From Pararhodobacter sp. (GTDB taxonomy: Bacteria > Pseudomonadota > Alphaproteobacteria > Rhodobacterales > Rhodobacteraceae), in the NCBI GenBank assembly GCA_020832545.1, contig JAFIEK010000013.1, positions 10,973-74,972 on the forward strand: a DNA stretch of 64,000 nt, in the 5' to 3' direction. Of this stretch, positions 57,166 to 64,000 are shown piece by piece. A program made the translations under genes and the position numbers. Under the pieces are notes generated by a model. The model did not search any database, was not told the DNA's origin, and worked only from the letters and a program-made list of their open reading frames with translations. Each line of letters starts with the position of its first letter. The first letter of the stretch is position 1.

Positions 57166-57893
57166 CGGCACTTCTAGAAATCCGCAACCTGACGGTTCAG
57201 TATGGCCGGATCAACGCGCTCACCGACGTCGATATCGACGTGTCCGAGGGCGAGATCGTTTCAATCATCGGTCCGAACGGCGCAGGCAAGACCTCGCTCC
57301 TGAGCACGATTGCGGGTGTCGTGCCTGCGGCCGGCGGCACGATTACGTTCAGGGGCGAAGACATCCTGAGACTGCCGCTGGAGGAAAGCGTGCGCAAGGG
57401 CATCGCGCTGGTGCCGGAGGGCCGGCATGTGCTCCCAGGGTTGACGGTGCTGGAGAACCTGCGCCTCGGCGCCACCATTCGCTCTGACACTCCCGAAGTC
57501 AGGCGGGATATCGAGCGGTTCCTGGACGCCTTCCCGATCCTGCGCGAACGGCGCAACGAGCCGGCGGGGCGGCTTTCCGGGGGCGAACAGCAGATGCTGG
57601 TAATCGCCAGGGCGCTGATGTCCCGACCCAGGCTTCTGATGCTTGATGAGCCTTCATTGGGCCTCGGGCCGCAGATCGTCGACAAGGTTTATGACATGAT
57701 CAGCGACACCCGCGACCAGGGGGTCACGATCCTTGTGGTCGAGCAGAATGCCCGCAGGGCGCTGGCTGTTGCCGATCGGACCCATGTGCTCAATGGCGGC
57801 ATCATCAGGCTCTCGGGTACGGCCGAGACCCTTTCGGGGGATCCGGATTTCGAGGCGGCCTATTTCGGTCTGCGGAGCGTCGCAGATGGGTAG
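57162..57893 (+). CDS. branched-chain-type ABC transporter ATP-binding protein (LivF-like)
   Basis: ATGA overlap at 57162-57165. GPNGAGKTS, LSGGEQQMLVIARAL, LMLDEPSLGL. Confidence 0.9.
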   Translation: MTALLEIRNLTVQYGRINALTDVDIDVSEGEIVSIIGPNGAGKTSLLSTIAGVVPAAGGTITFRGEDILRLPLEESVRKGIALVPEGRHVLPGLTVLENLRLGATIRSDTPEVRRDIERFLDAFPILRERRNEPAGRLSGGEQQMLVIARALMSRPRLLMLDEPSLGLGPQIVDKVYDMISDTRDQGVTILVVEQNARRALAVADRTHVLNGGIIRLSGTAETLSGDPDFEAAYFGLRSVADG

Positions 57894-58773
57894 TGCATTC
57901 ATTCCAATCATGATTGACGCATTCAGCGTCGGCGGGCTTTATGCGCTAACCGCGCTCGGCATCGGGCTGATCTTTTCGGTGATGCGGCTGGCGAACTTCG
58001 CCCATGCGGAATTCGTCACGGTGCCGGCCTATGCGCTGTTCGTGCTGTCCGATCACCCGGTGGTCGTGTCAATCTCGGCCGCAGTTCTGGTTGCGGTGGT
58101 GCTGGCGCTGGTGACGGAGCGCGCCGCGTTTCGGCCCCTGCGCGGGATAGATCCGGCGACCATGCTGATCGCCTCGTTCGCCGTCAGCATGTTCATCCAG
58201 CGGCTGCTTGTGTTCGCCTTCGACAGCCGGATCAAGCCGGTCAATCCGCTGGCTGTGCTCGACGGATCGGTTGCCCTGTTCGGCGCGCAGGTGAATCTTC
58301 TGAAACTTACCACCGTGATCACCTGCCTCGTCCTGCTGATCGCGCTGACGGTGTTTCTGAAATATACCCGCTTTGGGCTGGAAATGCGCGCTGCGGCTGA
58401 GGATTTCACCATGTCCCGGTTGCTAGGCGTGCGGGCCAACCGGGTGATCGCCACGGCCTTTGTGCTGTCTGCGCTGCTCGCCGCTGTCGTAGCGGTTCTA
58501 TTCTCGGCTCAAACCGGGTTTGTTCATCCCCGCTTCGGGCTGCAGATCGTGATCATTGCCTTCGTGGCCACTGTGATCGGCGGGCTTGGGAACCTGCTGG
58601 GCGCGGCGGTGGGCGGTTTCCTCGTCGGTGTCGTCTCGACGCTGTTGCAAGCCCTGCTTCCACCTGATCTGCGACCCTTCCGCGAGGCGTTCGTGTTCTT
58701 GCTGGTCATTCTGGTGTTGCTGTTCAGGCCGCAAGGCCTGTTCCCGGCGCGAGGACTGAAGGAGCGGATATGA
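57886..58773 (+). CDS. branched-chain-type ABC transporter permease (LivH-like)
   Basis: Trimmed to ATG 57886, which overlaps the LivF-like stop. MGSAFIPIMIDAFSVGGLYALTALGIGLIF. Polytopic. Confidence 0.88.
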   Translation: MGSAFIPIMIDAFSVGGLYALTALGIGLIFSVMRLANFAHAEFVTVPAYALFVLSDHPVVVSISAAVLVAVVLALVTERAAFRPLRGIDPATMLIASFAVSMFIQRLLVFAFDSRIKPVNPLAVLDGSVALFGAQVNLLKLTTVITCLVLLIALTVFLKYTRFGLEMRAAAEDFTMSRLLGVRANRVIATAFVLSALLAAVVAVLFSAQTGFVHPRFGLQIVIIAFVATVIGGLGNLLGAAVGGFLVGVVSTLLQALLPPDLRPFREAFVFLLVILVLLFRPQGLFPARGLKERI

Positions 58774-59831
58774 TCAGGCATGAAGCTGACACATCGGCCC
58801 GGTCCGACCGCTGGCTAACCCCCGACGGGCTGGCGCGGCTCGTGCCGCTGTTCATTCTTGTTGTGGTCGTGGCGGCAGTCATGCTGGCGGCCAGCCAACT
58901 CGGCATCGTGCAGCAGCGGCGCGTGACATTCGGGTTCATCAGCCTGATCACGGTTGTCGGGCTCTATGTATTCATGGGCAACTCGGGTGTGCTCAACTTC
59001 TCTTTCGTCGGCTTCATGGCAATCGGGGCATATGTCTCGGCATTGTTGACGATGCGACCGCAGGTGAAGGCCACCTTCCTGCGCGACTTGCCTGACTGGC
59101 TGGCCGCCGCCCAATTCGACCCGGTGGTCGGCGCACTGGCCGGGGGCTTCGCTGCAGCGCTGGTAGCGCTCGTAGTGGGCCTGCCGATCATGCGGCTTTC
59201 GGGCATCGGCGCCGGGATTGCCACGCTTTCGGTGCTAATCATCTTCTACATCGTGCTCGGAAACTGGACCGGGGTAACCGGTGGGCAGCGTTCGCTCATG
59301 GGTCTGCCGACCTATGTGACGATCTGGAACGCCGGCCTCGCGGCCATCGGGGCTATCGTCCTCGCCTTTGTCTATCAGGAATCCCGCTCCTGCCTAGCGC
59401 TGCGCGCCTCGCGCGAGGACGAAGTCGCCGCGCGTGCTGCCGGGGTCCGGGTGGTGCGCGAGCGGCTCACCGCTTTTGTGCTGGGGGCCTTCATCTGCGG
59501 CATGGCCGGGGTCTTCTATGGCCATTTCCTCGGCACGCTGCGGGTGGAGAACTTCTATCTCGACCCGACCTTCCTTTACATCACCATGCTCGTCGTGGGT
59601 GGCATGCGCAGCCTCACCGGTGCCGTTCTCGGCGTGATCGTGATCTCGACGCTGACCGAACTGCTCCGCCTGCTTGAGATCGGGGTTCGTCTGCCAGGCA
59701 TCGACGCCGCGCTCAAGGCCCCCGCCGGTCTGGGCGATGTGGTGCTCGCGGCGATGATGCTGGGGATCATTCTGTTTCGTCCGCAGGGCATCACCGGCGG
59801 GCGCGAGATCACGCTGCGCGGTCTGCGCTAA
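58770..59831 (+). CDS. branched-chain-type ABC transporter permease (LivM-like)
   Basis: 353-aa polytopic ORF with a 4-nt overlap with the previous gene. Confidence 0.85.
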   Translation: MIRHEADTSARSDRWLTPDGLARLVPLFILVVVVAAVMLAASQLGIVQQRRVTFGFISLITVVGLYVFMGNSGVLNFSFVGFMAIGAYVSALLTMRPQVKATFLRDLPDWLAAAQFDPVVGALAGGFAAALVALVVGLPIMRLSGIGAGIATLSVLIIFYIVLGNWTGVTGGQRSLMGLPTYVTIWNAGLAAIGAIVLAFVYQESRSCLALRASREDEVAARAAGVRVVRERLTAFVLGAFICGMAGVFYGHFLGTLRVENFYLDPTFLYITMLVVGGMRSLTGAVLGVIVISTLTELLRLLEIGVRLPGIDAALKAPAGLGDVVLAAMMLGIILFRPQGITGGREITLRGLR

Positions 59832-59861
59832 GAACCGAACCACAACTGACAGGAGAGCCGA

Positions 59862-60752
59862 ATGACCGAAACCGTTCCCGCCCCGACAGTCGATGCGGCA
59901 ACCCGCCGTGAAGTCGCTCCGGGCGTCATCGTCATCCCCGATCACCGCGTGCCGCTTGTGCCTAACATCGGGATCGTGCTGGGTGAACACACGGCACTTG
60001 TCATCGACACCGGCATGGGGCCGAAGAACGGCGCGGCCGTCCTGCGCGCGGCACAGGAGGTGGCGGGCGATCGGCAACTGATTTTGACGCTGACCCATTT
60101 CCACCCCGAACACGGGTATGGGGCGGCCCAGTTCAAGGGCAAGGCGCAGATCGTCTACAACCGTGCGCAGGGTGAAGATCTTGCTGCCAAGGGGCCAGGT
60201 TATCTGGAGATGTTCTGCGGCATGGCTCCCGAGATCGCCACAGCGCTCGAAGGCACTGAACTTGTGGAGGCCGACACGCTTTATGACGGGGCGCAATATA
60301 AGATTGACCTCGGGGGGCGGACGGTTTTTCTACGCAACTGGGGTATGGCCCATACCCGCGGCGACCAGATCGTCTGGGTGCCCGATGCGGGTGTGCTGTT
60401 CACCGGCGACCTTGCCGAAGAAAAGACCTTTCCGATCTTCCCGTGGTTCCCGCCCGACGACACCGATATTGACGCAGCGAACTGGATCAAGGCATTGCAG
60501 GATTGCGCCGCACTGGGTCCGAAAGTCGTGGTGCCGGGTCATGGCGAGATTGGTGGGATAGAGATCGTCGATGAGGTGCGTCATTACATCGAGGCTGTCG
60601 GTGCACAGGTGAGTGCAGCGAGGACCAGCGGCAAGGATGACGAGGCAATCGTGGCCGAACTGGACCCCAAGATCCGCGCGGATCATCCTGAATGGCATTT
60701 CCCCGAATGGATCGGCTTTGCCATTCGCTATCACATCGACACGCTGAAATGA
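59862..60752 (+). CDS. MBL-fold metallo-hydrolase
   Basis: 296 aa. LTLTHFHPEHGYGA (HxHxxH-type motif), HTRGD, VVPGHG. Confidence 0.8.
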   Translation: MTETVPAPTVDAATRREVAPGVIVIPDHRVPLVPNIGIVLGEHTALVIDTGMGPKNGAAVLRAAQEVAGDRQLILTLTHFHPEHGYGAAQFKGKAQIVYNRAQGEDLAAKGPGYLEMFCGMAPEIATALEGTELVEADTLYDGAQYKIDLGGRTVFLRNWGMAHTRGDQIVWVPDAGVLFTGDLAEEKTFPIFPWFPPDDTDIDAANWIKALQDCAALGPKVVVPGHGEIGGIEIVDEVRHYIEAVGAQVSAARTSGKDDEAIVAELDPKIRADHPEWHFPEWIGFAIRYHIDTLK

Positions 60753-61387
60753 AAACCGCGGTCCTCGCTCTTCATTACCAGAACGAGGTGCTTCACCCCG
60801 AGGGGCGGATTGCACTGGGCGTCGCGCGGGAGGGCGACGCATCCGCAATGGTAGTCGCTGCCGCATCGGCGCTTCTGTCTGGCGCGCGGGCCGCTGATGT
60901 GCCGGTGATTTCGGTGCGGATTTCCTTTCGTCCGGACCATGCCGAGGTCATCCGCAACGCCCCGATCTTCCGCAACGTCGTTGCCAGCGGCGCGATGGTC
61001 GAGGGAACCTGGGGGGCAGAATTCGTCGAGGGTCTCGAGCCAGCGGCCGGCGAGTTCGTTGTCCATCATACCAGGATCAGCGGCTTCACCGGCTCGCCAC
61101 TGGCCGAAATTCTGCGCGCATTGGAGATCGGCCATCTGGTGATCGCAGGGGTCGCCACCAATTCTGTGGTCGCAACCACCGCTGCCCACGCCGTCGATCT
61201 GGGATGGGAGGTGACGATTGCAGCCGATGCCTGCTCATGCCGCGATGCGCGCATGCAAGAGGCAACACTGGAGAGCCTTGCCCTGATAGCCGAAGTCAAT
61301 TCCGTTTCCGAGATTGTCGCGAAGTTTGGTCGCGGCCTTCGACCCGCCAACCACCGATGCAGTAAAGCGAAATCGACAACTTTGTGA
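60749..61387 (+). CDS. isochorismatase-family cysteine hydrolase
   Basis: In-frame part of ORF 60692..61387, with an ATGA overlap at 60749-60752. MKTAVLALHYQNE...HLVIAGVATNSVVATTA...ADAC. Confidence 0.8.
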   Translation: MKTAVLALHYQNEVLHPEGRIALGVAREGDASAMVVAAASALLSGARAADVPVISVRISFRPDHAEVIRNAPIFRNVVASGAMVEGTWGAEFVEGLEPAAGEFVVHHTRISGFTGSPLAEILRALEIGHLVIAGVATNSVVATTAAHAVDLGWEVTIAADACSCRDARMQEATLESLALIAEVNSVSEIVAKFGRGLRPANHRCSKAKSTTL

Positions 61388-61530
61388 GTGCGGGCAGGCA
61401 CGGCAGCACGCATCGCCAAAGCGACACACGGCATTCCAAACTGGAAGCGCAGCATCAATTCTATATACTACATATGAAGCTATCTGAGTCATAGCTTTCC
61501 CAGGACCAGTTGAATTGGGTGAGGTCTGCG

Positions 61531-61784
61531 GTGCCGTCGAGTGCATATATTCCCTATCGACAATGGTGGAGCACATCGTTTGCACGCTGGCAGGGTAGTC
61601 TGCAACACAGCACGCGATCAGACTTGGAGCTCATGTAGCGCGCCAGCATCTGCATAGAGTAGGGCTGGATGCCGGTATCTTTGGCTTCGGGATTTTGGGC
61701 ACAACAGTGCCGCAGAAGGGTGAATCCCACGGCCTTCCGTGGTTGATGGGCAAGACCGGTGCGGAGTTGGTCGCTGGCCTGTGA
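61531..61784 (+). pseudogene. thiolase-family (acetyl-CoA acetyltransferase-like) gene remnant: frameshifted and 3'-truncated
   Basis: Frame 1 from GTG 61531 reads VPSSAYIPYRQWWSTSFARWQGSLQH. After a 1-nt shift near 61605-61612 a second frame reads HAIRLGAHVARQHLHRVGLDAGIFGFGILGTTVPQKGESHGLPWLMGKTGAELVAGL and then stops. Both pieces match N-terminal thiolase-like blocks (YWSTPFARWQGS...AAHVA...GILGTTVPQ). The catalytic Cys region is missing. Confidence 0.6.
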
Positions 61785-61885
61785 ATCGGCATGCGAAAGT
61801 GACCCACTTCGGTGGGTTATGATCATCTAAAACTGAACCACCTGCATTGTTAACGTCCGTGCGCTTTGGCACGGAGGAAGAGCAG

Positions 61886-62060
61886 ATGTTACTGATGGAA
61901 ACGGCAATGAAGATCCGTGGGTGGATCTTGGGCGATGGCCGCAGCATCCGTGCTGTGGCACGCGTGGCAGGCATCTCGCGCACGACGATCAAGAAGTATC
62001 TGAAGGACTCAGAGCAACCGCAGTATCGGGAGCGGCAACCGCGCGTCAGCCACAAGCTGA
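61886..62060 (+). mobile_element. IS21-family transposase (IstA) 5' fragment
   Basis: MLLMETAMKIRGWILGDGRSIRAVARVAGISRTTIKKYLKDSEQPQYRERQPRVSHKL is the N-terminal HTH typical of IS21 IstA, preceded by GGAGGAAG. The catalytic DDE part and istB are absent. The likely left end with short repeats lies at about 61785-61860. Confidence 0.65.
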
Positions 62061-62080
62061 ACGCGCAATTTGAGGCACCG

Positions 62081-62170
62081 GATCGCCGTTTGTGGCTTTA
62101 CACAGCGATCACGCGTGCCAGGCAATCGGTGATGATCGTGCATCGGCAGCCCTCTATGACCCCCTTCTGA
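62081..62170 (+). pseudogene. C-terminal remnant of a UvrD/RecD/TraA-like helicase, fused in frame to the IS21 fragment
   Basis: DRRLWLYTAITRARQSVMIVHRQPSMTPF carries the LYTAITRAR motif that ends superfamily-1 helicases. It is followed by the hairpin GAGGCCGC-agcggat-GCGGCCTC (62198-62220). Confidence 0.5.
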
Positions 62171-62485
62171 CGAGCGAGGGATCTCGGAACAAGAATCGAG
62201 GCCGCAGCGGATGCGGCCTCGTTGGGGCGTACTGCCGATTCGGCAAGCCAAGTCGCCTGAATGACTCGTCATCCATTTCTTGCGCGCGGTATTCGAATCG
62301 ATAGAAATCGCCGAACCTCGTGATCAGTTCTCTTCACAAACTGGCATCCTTAACCTGGCAATGCCACCGTCTGATTTTCACGCTGTCTTTGCGTTGGAGG
62401 CGACGACACAAAACAGCCCTGCCGGCCAAAAGATCGTTTACTTCTGACGGCACCGCATGGCCCCGGAACCAGCGCTGCCTCTGCG

Positions 62486-63340
62486 TCAGCTCTCAAAAGC
62501 TTCGAATTCATCCTGCAGGGCCTTGAGTTGCTCTACCCTGTGTCGCACACTTTCACCAAGGCGCGCGATCACATCGTCCAGAAACAACCCCGAGAGGCTG
62601 ACAAAGGGTGTCTGTGTATCCCAGAACAAAGCCGATTCGGTGCGCACCGGCAGAACGATATCTGTGTAATCCCGCGCCCAGTGGCAATGCGTGTCGCAGA
62701 TAATCACCAGCGGCAGGCCGCGCTGCGCTGCCGCCCGCGCCAGAGACAGGCTCAGCCGTGTATAGCGCCGCATCTCGAACAGCACGACACATGCCTCGTC
62801 TATGTCAGGGCCAAGGATATCGGCAAAGGTACCGTCGCTGCCATCGGCAAACCGCACATCGGGGCGCAGGTAGGATAAGCGGCTGGCAAAATCCGAGGCG
62901 ATTCCGTGGATGGTCTGAAAGCCGCTGACTCTGACATGCGCTGCTGTGGCGACTGCCTCGACCGCCTCGCGCCATTGCGGGGTGGCGCGCTGCTCATAGG
63001 CGCTAAGAAGCGCGCGGGTTTCCAGCTCGAAGTTCTCAGCGATGCGCTGGCTTTCGTCACCCGCACGGCGGATTCGGCTGATGCGGTCGGAAACCAGAAG
63101 TGGCCCGGCATCCAGTTCGGCGCGCAGCGCGGCCTTGAACGTTCCGGAATCGGTATAGCCGATGGTTCGAAGGAAACGACTGACCGTCATCTGGCTAACA
63201 CCGGAGGCTTCGGCAATGGAGGCTGCGGTATCGAAGGGCAGGCGCTCATGATGGGCCAACATGTAATTGGCGATACTTTTCTCGGCCCTCGTGAAGCTGG
63301 AATATTCGCGCTTCAGCCGCTCCATCAAGGTCTCGCTCAT
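62486..63340 (-). CDS. MurR/RpiR-family transcriptional regulator (HTH_6 + SIS domain)
   Basis: 284 aa. FTRAEKSIANYMLAHHERLPFDTAASIAEASGVSQMTVSRFLRTIGY, then a SIS-like domain. Confidence 0.85.
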   Translation of the reverse strand: MSETLMERLKREYSSFTRAEKSIANYMLAHHERLPFDTAASIAEASGVSQMTVSRFLRTIGYTDSGTFKAALRAELDAGPLLVSDRISRIRRAGDESQRIAENFELETRALLSAYEQRATPQWREAVEAVATAAHVRVSGFQTIHGIASDFASRLSYLRPDVRFADGSDGTFADILGPDIDEACVVLFEMRRYTRLSLSLARAAAQRGLPLVIICDTHCHWARDYTDIVLPVRTESALFWDTQTPFVSLSGLFLDDVIARLGESVRHRVEQLKALQDEFEAFES

Positions 63341-64000
63341 TGAGCCCTCTCAGGCTTGCCTAAGGACCATGGTTGCGCGGTTTCAATCTGCGCTGCAATC
63401 CGAAACAGCAAATCCTCCCGCCCGAAAGGTGCGGTCATCATCACGCCGATAGGCAGGTCCGCTGCGTTGCGATGAAGAGGGAGGCTCATGCTTGGTTGTC
63501 CGGTCATGTTGGCAAGTTGCGTGTAGGGTGAGAAACTTGCAAGCGCTATGCCATAGGCCTCAAGATCATCGGTATCGGTGCGCTGCTCGCCCAGCGGGAC
63601 CGGCGGTTTGGCCAATGTCGGGCTGAGCAGAAGATCAAAGCTGTCGTGGAAGGCTGCCATGCGACGGCCCTGTGTGTGGATGCTCAGCAGCGCCTCGGGG
63701 TAATCCTCAATGCGGAGTGAACGCGAGAAATCCACCGCGTTCCACGTCGTTGCATCAACCTCGTCGCGTGTGACCGGCCGCCCGCGCGTCGCACCGATGG
63801 CATTCAGGCTGCGCGAGACATTACTGGCGACCAGCACCCAGAGCGCCCGACCCAGTTCATCCGCATTGCCCGGCGGCATGGCCTCTTCAACGTGATGGCC
63901 CAATGATTCCAGCAGGCGGGCGGCGCTGAGCGCGGCTTCGCGGCAGTCCGGGTCCAGCGCGACACCGGAAAGCGGGCGCAGTTGAAGTGCGATGCGCAGT
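63337..64000 (-). CDS. amidase-signature-family amidase, C-terminal part (gene continues past the right edge)
   Basis: The ORF-track start at 63903 is an internal TTG. The frame stays open to 64000 (…LRIALQLRPLSGVALDPDCREAALSAARLLESLGHHVEEA…). The C-terminal end is LPIGVMMTAPFGREDLLFRIAAQIE. ATGA overlap with the RpiR gene. Confidence 0.75.
   Translation of the reverse strand, partial: LRIALQLRPLSGVALDPDCREAALSAARLLESLGHHVEEAMPPGNADELGRALWVLVASNVSRSLNAIGATRGRPVTRDEVDATTWNAVDFSRSLRIEDYPEALLSIHTQGRRMAAFHDSFDLLLSPTLAKPPVPLGEQRTDTDDLEAYGIALASFSPYTQLANMTGQPSMSLPLHRNAADLPIGVMMTAPFGREDLLFRIAAQIETAQPWSLGKPERAQ

Overview
High-GC alphaproteobacterial DNA whose gene content and synteny look Rhodobacteraceae-like. 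All calls below come from reading the six-frame translations and the DNA by eye. No searches were run, so family names rest on motif recognition.

Coordinates 1-35.8 kb look like chromosomal backbone:
- A BMP-type nucleoside/nucleobase ABC importer next to a CodA-like deaminase.
- A two-operon catabolic locus under a PcaR-type IclR regulator. It holds two MlrC-like M81 peptidase paralogs, a class-III aminotransferase, an aldehyde dehydrogenase, a polar-amino-acid/opine-type ABC importer and a CrtI/PYROXD2-like flavoprotein.
- tRNA-Ala(CGC), trxB, ald flanked by two Lrp/AsnC regulators, rpsU/COQ9, dnaX-ybaB-recR, pgeF-like, lgt and ubiK.

From about 36 kb to the right edge the DNA looks accessory:
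- A visibly AT-richer islet with VanZ, an XRE regulator plus a coupled small ORF, VapBC, iteron-like repeats and a serine-recombinase remnant.
- A tightly packed 11-gene operon at 40.2-51.6 kb. It encodes a stand-alone E1-like ThDP enzyme, a creatininase-family hydrolase, a NitT/TauT-type ABC importer, a CodA-like amidohydrolase, a FAD-linked oxidase, a flavodoxin-like reductase, RidA, a RutR-like TetR regulator and a ferredoxin-reductase-like flavoprotein. A RutR-box-like palindrome precedes it.
- A 573-aa orphan protein, and a MarR/Liv-type ABC/MBL/isochorismatase cluster.
- A thiolase pseudogene cut by an IS21 fragment, then RpiR plus an amidase.

No CRISPR array, rRNA or intact transposase was seen. 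The best candidates for something undescribed are the 11-gene operon, the IclR/MlrC regulon with its duplicated 40-bp leader motif, the orphan protein, and the iteron block.
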